The notes below the pieces were generated by a model. That model made no database searches. It saw nothing but the letters and a program-made list of their open reading frames with translations, and had not been told where the DNA came from. A program made the translations under genes and the position numbers. Positions 36,236-44,104 of a stretch of 64,000 nt of DNA are shown here, one piece after another. Position 1 is the stretch's first letter; every line of letters starts with the position of its first letter. Source of the DNA: a virus; the IMG/VR virus record IMGVR_UViG_3300031758_000006; one strand, given 5' to 3'.

Positions 36236-37711
36236 TTATTGTGTTTTTCTATCGTAAGATATTAAATTTTTAATCTTGTTAAATTCTTCATTTATTTTTT
36301 CCACTTTCTTTTCCTCTGCTGATTCCAATTTAATATTCATACCTTTACCTTTTTCGGTTCCTGGTTTTTCATTGAAGACTGGGCTAGTTACCCTTTTATA
36401 TGATTGGTTTTTTAACTTATTTAATGTTTTTCTTTCTTCAAATTTGTGAAATCTATCGTTGGCTTTTGATTTAAGTGCGTTTCCACCAGGTTCATTTCCG
36501 GTTTTACTAGACCCAAGATAATAATTTTTGATTGACTCTTCATTGTGATCAACCCCATCGGATACCGGTATTTGTAATCCACCAATTTCATAATTAAAGT
36601 CTTCACCCTCATCAGAAAGTTCAAAAGCTTTTTTATCCATATCACCATTAGCCATTGGGAACTCCTCTGGATTCATATCATATTTAATTTTTGACCCTGG
36701 TTTTTGATATTCATTCATTTTTTTGGTTAGAGCTTTAATATAGTCATCATTTTCATTACCAGACTCTTTATGTATCTTGTTGTATGTATCTAAACCTTTG
36801 TGTGATCTTTTCTTGATATTATCTTTTTCCTCGTTAACAATTTTTTCAATTATTGAGATAATTTCACTTTCGGTAAATAAAGCTGATTCTTTTACTGTTT
36901 TCTTTTTCTTACCTTTATTTGATCCTAAAAATCCACCAACATTAGCAGCAAATGTAGCCATTTTAATGACCTTGGTGTCGTTTGATTTCATAGCTTTGTC
37001 AATACATGATTTAGTCACCTCACCATCTTCATTAGTTAAATCTTGTCTTTCACACCATTTTCTAAAATTACCTTCAGTTCCTTTTTTCCCCATTTTACTT
37101 GAGTCTTTTTGTATGAATTTTTCAGAACTTTCATTTCTAACTTTATACTTTCTATCGTCAACAGTAAAATACTCATCGCCACGTTCTCTAGCTTTATTTA
37201 ACTCACCACTAAATTCATTACCTTCCCAAACATCAGATTCGTCAATTTCACGTTCCATTTCTAATTCATACATAATTTCTTCATCATCGTCATGTTTTCT
37301 ACTTCTGTTTGAGTGTACTTCCCCACCCATTATATCAGAGTCTTTGTAAAAATCCATATCTTCAGATTCTTTCATGTCTTTTCGTTTTTTAGATCTTAGT
37401 ACTTTAAGATCCTCAGCGTCTATTTCATCTTCAGGTTCAGCTAATTTTGCGATATTCTTTTGTTTTCTAGATAATGTTTTTTCTTCTTCCATTGACATTT
37501 TTGAATACCCACATTCGTTACACTCACCCTCAACCATTTCACCTAACCCACATTCGTTACACATTTTACTCTCAGCTGTATAATCAAATTCATTATCAGG
37601 ATTAATGTCTTTCATGTTCATTATTTTTTCTAAAACTTCCTGAGCTTTTGATTCCATACTTTCCCTTAAAAGTTTTTTAAATATACTACGTTTTAATTGG
37701 TCTTTTCTCAT
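36236..37711 (-). CDS. Highly charged putative head-internal/scaffold-like protein
   Basis: LLRES, LFTESEII..IVNEE, INEEF motifs; CxxC..CxxC; TATTTAT at 37727-37733. Confidence 0.6.
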   Translation of the reverse strand: MRKDQLKRSIFKKLLRESMESKAQEVLEKIMNMKDINPDNEFDYTAESKMCNECGLGEMVEGECNECGYSKMSMEEEKTLSRKQKNIAKLAEPEDEIDAEDLKVLRSKKRKDMKESEDMDFYKDSDIMGGEVHSNRSRKHDDDEEIMYELEMEREIDESDVWEGNEFSGELNKARERGDEYFTVDDRKYKVRNESSEKFIQKDSSKMGKKGTEGNFRKWCERQDLTNEDGEVTKSCIDKAMKSNDTKVIKMATFAANVGGFLGSNKGKKKKTVKESALFTESEIISIIEKIVNEEKDNIKKRSHKGLDTYNKIHKESGNENDDYIKALTKKMNEYQKPGSKIKYDMNPEEFPMANGDMDKKAFELSDEGEDFNYEIGGLQIPVSDGVDHNEESIKNYYLGSSKTGNEPGGNALKSKANDRFHKFEERKTLNKLKNQSYKRVTSPVFNEKPGTEKGKGMNIKLESAEEKKVEKINEEFNKIKNLISYDRKTQ

Positions 37712-37734
37712 TTTTTATTTTTATTAATAAATAT

Positions 37735-38409
37735 CTAATTATTACGTTTATTCCATTCTGATAGGATAATTGTTTTAATTGTGTCAACGTCGATACCGTA
37801 TTTTTCAGAAACAGTGTTTATGACATTATTTAAAACCTCATTTTCAAATATGTTAAGAGCTTTAATATCCCCCTGATTACAGTATGGAAAACGTTTACAT
37901 TTTTTTTTAACCTGAACGAATTTTCCTCCCGGTATTTGTGTTTTTGATTTTCCTCTCCAATCTTTTTTACTTGTTGACTTGGCCCAGACCTTGGGTGTTG
38001 AGTATTGACCACTAGAAGCTGTTGACGTAGCCTCCTTGGTCTCAACTTTTTGGGGTTCACTAAACAACTTTGTGGAGTATGACATTCCGGCCGCACTACT
38101 TGTGGAGATTTCTTTAGTCTCCTCTTTTTTGTATTTTTTTGTATTGTTTTTTACGGATAAAAGAAAATCATTAATATCCCCTGGATCCTTTAAAAATTCT
38201 TTTATTTTAATCCTAATGGTTCGATTGGACAATTTTTTATCCCTAATCAATTTTAAAATTTTAACAATGTCACCTCTATCATTTAAGTAACTCAAATAAT
38301 CACCTTCTTTTTTATTTGTTTCTTCTAGGGCATTTTTTCTAGCTTCAAGTTCACCTGGTAATTCTTTTTTTATCTGATCAGTCAATTTATTGAGAACATT
38401 ATCCATCAC
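37735..38409 (-). CDS. Hypothetical protein
   Basis: Repeated ETKE-(I/A)-(S/T) segments; CKRFPYCNQG motif. Confidence 0.7.
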   Translation of the reverse strand: MMDNVLNKLTDQIKKELPGELEARKNALEETNKKEGDYLSYLNDRGDIVKILKLIRDKKLSNRTIRIKIKEFLKDPGDINDFLLSVKNNTKKYKKEETKEISTSSAAGMSYSTKLFSEPQKVETKEATSTASSGQYSTPKVWAKSTSKKDWRGKSKTQIPGGKFVQVKKKCKRFPYCNQGDIKALNIFENEVLNNVINTVSEKYGIDVDTIKTIILSEWNKRNN

Positions 38410-38651
38410 ATACTTTTAAATTTAGATTCCCAAACATGTCTTTGTTGGTACATTATCGTATAAAACTCCCTAAATGACTTTATAACAAGGTCTTTAATAT
38501 CTCCCTCGATTTTTCCTCGTTTAATGTCCCTTGATATTCTATCAATAATTTTATCCTCAAATTGTTTATAGGTATTAGACCCAAAAAAGTCTTTTATCTC
38601 TTTTTTAACAATTGATTCAACCTCTCTTTTATCACTCTGAGTTAACGCCAT
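38406..38651 (-). CDS. Hypothetical protein
   Basis: Coupled ORF. Confidence 0.7.
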   Translation of the reverse strand: MALTQSDKREVESIVKKEIKDFFGSNTYKQFEDKIIDRISRDIKRGKIEGDIKDLVIKSFREFYTIMYQQRHVWESKFKSM

Positions 38652-38652
38652 T

Positions 38653-39063
38653 TTATTTAAAAATAAATATGTAGGTTATTGATGTTAGTATCGCAGCACC
38701 AACAATTTCTATAATAGTTGTTTTTGTTTTTAATTTTCTAATATCATCTCTAAGTTTTCCATTTTCTTCATTGACAATTTTAAACTTATCCTCAGTCATT
38801 TTTATTATCTTAACGTTATTACTATCTTTCTCCTCTAGAACGTCGATAATACCATCCTGTTTTATTGATTTTTTTTCCAATTCAATTATCTCAAGTCTGG
38901 TTAATTTACTTTCATCCCGTAATCTATCTAATTCATTTAAATCTAATAGTATTTGTCTTCCTATAGTATACGGCAAACAAATCTGATTACTATCAACAAC
39001 ACCAGATTGTCCAAAAACCGTATATGTGTTGAATAAAATTATAAATGCTAGGAGTCTTTTCAT
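38653..39063 (-). CDS. Exported coiled-coil protein with C-terminal TM, spanin-like candidate
   Basis: Signal peptide, heptads, hydrophobic tail; downstream of amidase. Confidence 0.45.
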   Translation of the reverse strand: MKRLLAFIILFNTYTVFGQSGVVDSNQICLPYTIGRQILLDLNELDRLRDESKLTRLEIIELEKKSIKQDGIIDVLEEKDSNNVKIIKMTEDKFKIVNEENGKLRDDIRKLKTKTTIIEIVGAAILTSITYIFIFK

Positions 39064-39067
39064 AATG

Positions 39068-39421
39068 TTAGTATTTGTATCTTGTTTTAAACAGGCTATC
39101 CACCTGTTTAGCGTTAGCGTTTTTAATATCCTGGGATTTTTTATCGTAGTAGTTGTTTATAGTTTTTTTCTCAACTCTAATGTTGTTGATTGTAGAGTCT
39201 ATTTTTGATATATCTTTTTTATACGTTACGATCAATTTGTCCAGTTCTTTTTGTCTTTGATTTACTTCATTAATATTTTTATCAAGTTGTTCTAATTTAT
39301 ATTTAATTAACTCACTGTTGTCGGTGGTTTGACTATATAACTTTGTCAAAATAAATACAATTGTACAACTGAATACAATTAATAATATTTCTTTATAATT
39401 TTTAATTAAAAATTCTTTCAT
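39068..39421 (-). CDS. N-terminal TM plus coiled coil, i-spanin-like candidate
   Basis: ILLIVFSCTIVFILTKL then heptads. Confidence 0.5.
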   Translation of the reverse strand: MKEFLIKNYKEILLIVFSCTIVFILTKLYSQTTDNSELIKYKLEQLDKNINEVNQRQKELDKLIVTYKKDISKIDSTINNIRVEKKTINNYYDKKSQDIKNANAKQVDSLFKTRYKY

Positions 39422-40020
39422 AGTTCTGATAGTTTTTTTCTGTCAGCCAAAACCTTACTCCATTTTGACTTAAATTTTTCATAAAAAGTTTGTATTTTTT
39501 TTAATGTTTCAATAAAAGGTTCATCAACTTTTGACATTTCAGAATTTATATAGACACCTGTTGACTCACCAATTGAGAAAAAGAAGTCTAGGTCCATTTC
39601 AGTTATCTTACCTGACCATTCAACATTATTATCATAAACATTAAGTTTGTTGAATTCAACTAGTTCACTAACATCAGTTCTGAACTCGTTCATACTGTCT
39701 TGGAAAGCTTTCTTATCGTCACTTGTTAACTGTAATTGAGACTTATCTTTTGAGTGTAGGATCATTATCCCACCAGATATTTTAAATCCCCTAGTCTTGT
39801 CGGTTTTTGATTTTTTTTCATCGTTATCTTCAATTTCCTCATCAGAAACTTCAGCTGTTTCATAACCTGTCGGTTTTCGGTCCATATCGTCCAGATCCTC
39901 ACTTATAATACCGTAGGTTGATTTAATACGTGTAAATTCCTCATTTAATGATTCATTAGTTAATAACTTTCTAGAAGCTTTAAGTAAATCCCTAATTTCA
40001 TCTTGTCTATTCATCTTCAA
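39418..40020 (-). CDS. Hypothetical protein with LTNESLNEE leader
   Basis: Coupled to amidase. Confidence 0.7.
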   Translation of the reverse strand: MKMNRQDEIRDLLKASRKLLTNESLNEEFTRIKSTYGIISEDLDDMDRKPTGYETAEVSDEEIEDNDEKKSKTDKTRGFKISGGIMILHSKDKSQLQLTSDDKKAFQDSMNEFRTDVSELVEFNKLNVYDNNVEWSGKITEMDLDFFFSIGESTGVYINSEMSKVDEPFIETLKKIQTFYEKFKSKWSKVLADRKKLSEL

Positions 40021-40603
40021 TTTTTTTTACAAACCATTCAAAATTAAAAGCTGGACTAAGATCAGTATTATATAACTCAAAATTACTTTTAGTTAAAATA
40101 CCCTCATGTCTTTCAGCTCCATTTATTTTTGTATTGTGTCCAATACATTTAAGTTTTATTGACATATCTTCTGACAATTTTTTACACAATAAAACACAAG
40201 ATTCCATTTGTTCTGTTGTGTATGGTTGCCAAAAAATATAATCTCTCCACTTTCTTTCAAAAATGTCCCCATTATAAATATCACCAATCCAATTAATGTA
40301 TGAATTTTTAAGTGGTACTTTTTCTAACCAACCTAGGTTTTCCAGTGATACCACCACGGACTCCTTATTCATCTTATCCAATGAAAAATATTTTAGGTAT
40401 TTTTCTGGACTTAATGTCTGGATGATTTTACCGTCCCTAGTTATTACGAAGTTTGGTATTTTTTTGTATTTTTTATTATTCCTGTATTTTAATGACTGTA
40501 TATAGTTTATTGAATTCCTACCGGTGTGAGTTAAAATTATTTTATTTTTATTGTTATTTACCTCACCTTGATCCGTAGTATATATGTCAATAATGTCAAT
40601 CAT
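40007..40603 (-). CDS. N-acetylmuramoyl-L-alanine amidase (Amidase_2-type endolysin)
   Basis: IILTHT, FVITRDG.I, VSLEN, YTTEQ, IGHN, DLSPAF. Confidence 0.8.
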   Translation of the reverse strand: MIDIIDIYTTDQGEVNNNKNKIILTHTGRNSINYIQSLKYRNNKKYKKIPNFVITRDGKIIQTLSPEKYLKYFSLDKMNKESVVVSLENLGWLEKVPLKNSYINWIGDIYNGDIFERKWRDYIFWQPYTTEQMESCVLLCKKLSEDMSIKLKCIGHNTKINGAERHEGILTKSNFELYNTDLSPAFNFEWFVKKIEDE

Positions 40604-41778
40604 ACATTTTTGGTATATGTTAAACGTTTAACTTGTTGTTCATCCTTGAAGAATCTATTCTCATCGAATAAATTTTCGTCTGGTGTGGTTGGTTGGACCT
40701 CAACTGGGATCTCAACTATTTTTTCAATTTCAACTATCCGGTCTACTGGAACCTCAACAATTTTTTCAACCTCAACTATTCGATCTACTGGAACTTCAAC
40801 AATTTTTTCAACTTCTCTAATAACCTCTACCGGAACCTCAACAATTTTTTCAATTATTATTGGTTCAGCTTGGTCGGAGCTTGTAGGTAACTTAGTCGGT
40901 ACTTGGTCGGTATCTTGTATGGTAACTTGGGGGGTGGTTGTGGGGTAGTTGTGGGGTAGTTGTGGAGTATCTTCGTCTTTTCTTTTTCCTTTAAAAGCTT
41001 GATTTGTCGCAATTACCAAGGTAATTGCCAATGGATCAAACACAAATATAAGGATTAATATAAAAAAGTTAGCAGTTTTTTTTATATCCCAATCTAACAT
41101 CTCACTCACATATTTTATCACTCCAAGTTCACTTCCCGACAACTCTTGGGATTCCATATTTAATATCTCAACGTCAAGTTTTGTAATACTGTCATTATAC
41201 CCATCAACTTTTTTTGACAATTCATCACGTCTTGTTTGAGCTTCTTTTAATTGGGATTCAAAAGTTTTACGGTTTGCGTTATTAGCTTTTGTTATTACCT
41301 GTCCGGTTTTTCTATCCACCGATTGAGTTGTTGTATTTGTCGATAATCCATCCCGTAATTTGGTGATGTCCCCATCAAGTATTGTTTTTTCTCGATTTAA
41401 TTCACTTTTTATTTCCTCAAATCTTTTTTTCTTAACTTCAACATTTTTTATTTGTTTTTCACTAATTTCAAGTTTTGATATATTTCCCTGGAATCCGGTA
41501 CTTAATAGTCCATATATACCAAGTGATGTAATTATTGATAGGGTAACTAAAGCTATGGTCATGTATATTTTCAAAACACCATAAGTTTGTTTCCATTTGT
41601 CGTGTAGATAAGTCGCGATAGCTATTTTGGATATTTCCAAAAATGATCCCATAATTATAACCGGTATAGCTACTCCAGAAAATACCACAGATAACCCTAT
41701 AACACTATAATAAGCCGCTGTACCAGATAAACCAAGAGCACAAAACAATAAAAACCAAGGTAAAAATTTTTCTTTCAT
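40600..41778 (-). CDS. Membrane protein with coiled coil and VEVPV repeats
   Basis: N-terminal TMs (AAYYSVIGL..LEISK), IFVFDPLAI, articulin-like KIVEVPV repeats; TATTTAT at 41797-41803. Confidence 0.75.
   Translation of the reverse strand: MKEKFLPWFLLFCALGLSGTAAYYSVIGLSVVFSGVAIPVIIMGSFLEISKIAIATYLHDKWKQTYGVLKIYMTIALVTLSIITSLGIYGLLSTGFQGNISKLEISEKQIKNVEVKKKRFEEIKSELNREKTILDGDITKLRDGLSTNTTTQSVDRKTGQVITKANNANRKTFESQLKEAQTRRDELSKKVDGYNDSITKLDVEILNMESQELSGSELGVIKYVSEMLDWDIKKTANFFILILIFVFDPLAITLVIATNQAFKGKRKDEDTPQLPHNYPTTTPQVTIQDTDQVPTKLPTSSDQAEPIIIEKIVEVPVEVIREVEKIVEVPVDRIVEVEKIVEVPVDRIVEIEKIVEIPVEVQPTTPDENLFDENRFFKDEQQVKRLTYTKNV
40868..40969. repeat. 11-nt tandem repeats inside a CDS
   Basis: GTTGTGG(G/A)GTA x3 at 40937-40969; four (A/G)CTTGGTCGG(T/A)-like units at 40868-40911. 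Confidence 0.75.
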
Positions 41779-41872
41779 ATCAATTGTTGTCTATTTATAA
41801 ATACTATTATAGACATTTATTTGAATATGTCACTACTTCTAACTGGGTTCCGTGTTAATTGGATTAAAATAA

Positions 41873-41897
41873 AAAACCCCACGAATAATCGTAGGGT
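41873..41897. terminator. Probable terminator
   Basis: ACCCCACG-AATAAT-CGTAGGGT, same loop as the 2688 hairpin. Confidence 0.5.
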
Positions 41898-41924
41898 AAT
41901 TAGAAATATAGGGAGATACCAAAT

Positions 41925-42164
41925 TTACAACTCAGGTAATAGTCCGGCTTTTTCGACGATATTCCAGACTCTATCTTTGTACCTATCCACGGATTCGGTC
42001 TGATTAATATGGGTAAAACCCCTATCGGTTAATATAGCTAAGAACGTGATTAATTCACAAGTCATGTGGTCAATCTCATCAATGGTTAATCTTTTTTTTC
42101 TGATACCTTCCTTAAGAATATCATAGTTAACCTCAACTTTTCTACGTAAATCAGACATAAACAA
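41925..42164 (-). CDS. Hypothetical protein
   Basis: Preceded by a host-type promoter. Confidence 0.7.
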   Translation of the reverse strand: MFMSDLRRKVEVNYDILKEGIRKKRLTIDEIDHMTCELITFLAILTDRGFTHINQTESVDRYKDRVWNIVEKAGLLPEL

Positions 42165-42188
42165 AAAATTAAATTAATAAATATAAAA

Positions 42189-42220
42189 CAAATATATAGG
42201 TTTTTTTTTAACTGGCCAAA
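42189..42220 (-). promoter_or_regulatory. Bacteroidota-type -33/-7 promoter
   Basis: TTTG-N20-TATATTTG. Confidence 0.75.
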
Positions 42221-42223
42221 TTT

Positions 42224-42514
42224 TTAATGAATTCTTCTAAGTTTTTTTAAAATCTCATTAATATCATCTTCGGTTTGATACCCTAAAACATCATTAGTAA
42301 ACTGTGTGTCATAAGTAATATCCCAATTATCCGGTGTCCCTTTAATTATTGCCACTTCCCAGGTGTTTCCATCACAATAAGATCCGTATCTTGTTGATCC
42401 TGGTATTTTAAACCTAACGACAGAAATACCGTACCCATTTGGTAAAAACAACTTACCTTGTTTCCCCTCACCAACCTGGTGTGGTTCAAAAACTATTTGA
42501 TCGAAAAAAGACAT
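42224..42514 (-). CDS. Conserved phage hypothetical protein (start reassigned to MSFFD)
   Basis: F.NGYG.SVV, WEVAI, DVLGY motifs. Confidence 0.7.
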   Translation of the reverse strand: MSFFDQIVFEPHQVGEGKQGKLFLPNGYGISVVRFKIPGSTRYGSYCDGNTWEVAIIKGTPDNWDITYDTQFTNDVLGYQTEDDINEILKKLRRIH

Positions 42515-42518
42515 AATA

Positions 42519-42734
42519 TTATTTTTTGATGAATAATTTTGTAAAATAATCCATAGGTACCTTATATAGAGTTTCATAGAACGTTACACAACGGGTACCA
42601 ATCTCAATAGACTGAGTTAAGAAGGTTACTTCCTCACCCTTTTTTACTTTACGACCATTAATACCACCACCATTTTTAAACGTGTACAGAATATAAGTGT
42701 CCTGAGTTGCTATAAATTTTTGACCTTTTACCAT
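42519..42734 (-). CDS. Hypothetical protein
   Basis: Preceded by a host-type promoter. Confidence 0.65.
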   Translation of the reverse strand: MVKGQKFIATQDTYILYTFKNGGGINGRKVKKGEEVTFLTQSIEIGTRCVTFYETLYKVPMDYFTKLFIKK

Positions 42735-42756
42735 GACTAAATTTTAAATATTTAAC

Positions 42757-42787
42757 CAAAGATAATGGTTTTTTTTTAATTTCCAAA
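42757..42787 (-). promoter_or_regulatory. Bacteroidota-type -33/-7 promoter
   Basis: TTTG-N19-TATCTTTG. Confidence 0.75.
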
Positions 42788-42792
42788 TATTT

Positions 42793-43593
42793 TTATAAAT
42801 AATCAAATAATTCTGAACTTTCGTTTCTAAGTCTACGCAAAGCTTTATCTTTAATTTGTCTAACTCTTTCTTTTGTTAGATTAAAGTCAGATCCAATATC
42901 TTCTAACGTTCTTGGTGTTCCTGTTAATCCGTAATAATCTTCAACAATAACTCTTTCTCTATCATCTAGAATATTTAGAATTGACATCATTTTATCCTTT
43001 AATTGATCTTTAGTGTTGAAAATGGAATCTGGTGACTCCGCGTCATTGTTAACAATAACATCGATCAACGTATCACCTTCACTATTTATCGACATATTTA
43101 GATCAATAATTGATGGTAGTGATGTGAATTTGTCATCCATTTTTTTACCGGAGTTTTCAACTTCTTTTTTAGCTTTTTGTAAATCCTGAACAATATTAAC
43201 CGGGAGTCTTATGGTTCTAGCGTTATCATTTAATGACTGGATAATACTTTGTTTAACCCACCAAACCGCGTACGATATAAATCTAAGATCCTTACCCCAA
43301 TCAAAGTTTTTAATAGCTTTCATTAACCCAAAGTTACCTTCAGCTATTAAATCTTGGAGATCCATACCCTGGTTTTGGTATTTCTTAGCTACCGTAATTA
43401 CAAATCGTAAATTACCGAGTAACAGTTCTTCCTCAATTTTATCCCTTTCGTATTTAGTTGTCGACTCTAATTTCATCTTTACAGCTAATTCTTTTTCCCT
43501 ATCTGGGGTCATTACTTTAAGTTTCCTGATGTCTTTTAAATAATAATAAAGTTCTTCTTGATTAATTGGTATACCCCCATTTTTTTCCTTCAT
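42793..43593 (-). CDS. Primary-type sigma70 factor lacking region 1.1 (Bacteroidota RpoD-like)
   Basis: YLKDIRK, NLRFVITVAKKYQNQG, DLIAEGNFGL, RFISYAVWWVKQSI, RTLEDIG...ERVRQIKDKALRRL. Confidence 0.93.
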   Translation of the reverse strand: MKEKNGGIPINQEELYYYLKDIRKLKVMTPDREKELAVKMKLESTTKYERDKIEEELLLGNLRFVITVAKKYQNQGMDLQDLIAEGNFGLMKAIKNFDWGKDLRFISYAVWWVKQSIIQSLNDNARTIRLPVNIVQDLQKAKKEVENSGKKMDDKFTSLPSIIDLNMSINSEGDTLIDVIVNNDAESPDSIFNTKDQLKDKMMSILNILDDRERVIVEDYYGLTGTPRTLEDIGSDFNLTKERVRQIKDKALRRLRNESSELFDYL

Positions 43594-43599
43594 ATTTCG

Positions 43600-44103
43600 T
43601 TATCCCCTTTTTGACTGATTGTTTAGTTTATTTAATTCTTGTTTAGTTAATGATTCCATACCATACTGACTTATTTTATCTAGAATCTCGTCCACACTTA
43701 ATTTAGACTCCATGTTATTTACAATTTTAGTAAATCCACTCAATTCTTCTAAAAAAAATTCACCAACAAGTGATTTATATTCGTGTAATGATTTTTCATC
43801 ACTCTGGATGTCATTTAAATAGTTTTTAATTTCTGATGAGATATTAGTTCTGAACCCGTCATTAGCTTGTACTATGAAATACGTAAAGTCAATCTCTACT
43901 TGTTTACCATAGATTAATAACACGTCCTCTAATTCGGACAACTCACTTGGGTCAGTACTAAAATGTATTACTATATATTTTGGTCCGTAAGTGTATTTAA
44001 TGTTTTTGGAGTTTGAGAATCCCAATAAAACATCACAAATCTCTTCAGCTAAATCTTGTGTATTTCTAATATTATGTGGATACACGAATAGTAAATGTTT
44101 CAT
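43600..44103 (-). CDS. Hypothetical protein with DUF6576-like C-terminus
   Basis: VDEILDKISQYGMESLTKQE. Confidence 0.6.
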   Translation of the reverse strand: MKHLLFVYPHNIRNTQDLAEEICDVLLGFSNSKNIKYTYGPKYIVIHFSTDPSELSELEDVLLIYGKQVEIDFTYFIVQANDGFRTNISSEIKNYLNDIQSDEKSLHEYKSLVGEFFLEELSGFTKIVNNMESKLSVDEILDKISQYGMESLTKQELNKLNNQSKRG

Positions 44104-44104
44104 A

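Noticed and set aside
41788-41815. 7-bp inverted repeat TGTCTAT/ATAGACA flanking a TATTTAT motif
   Set aside because: Too short to separate from chance in AT-rich DNA and not seen at other TATTTAT sites
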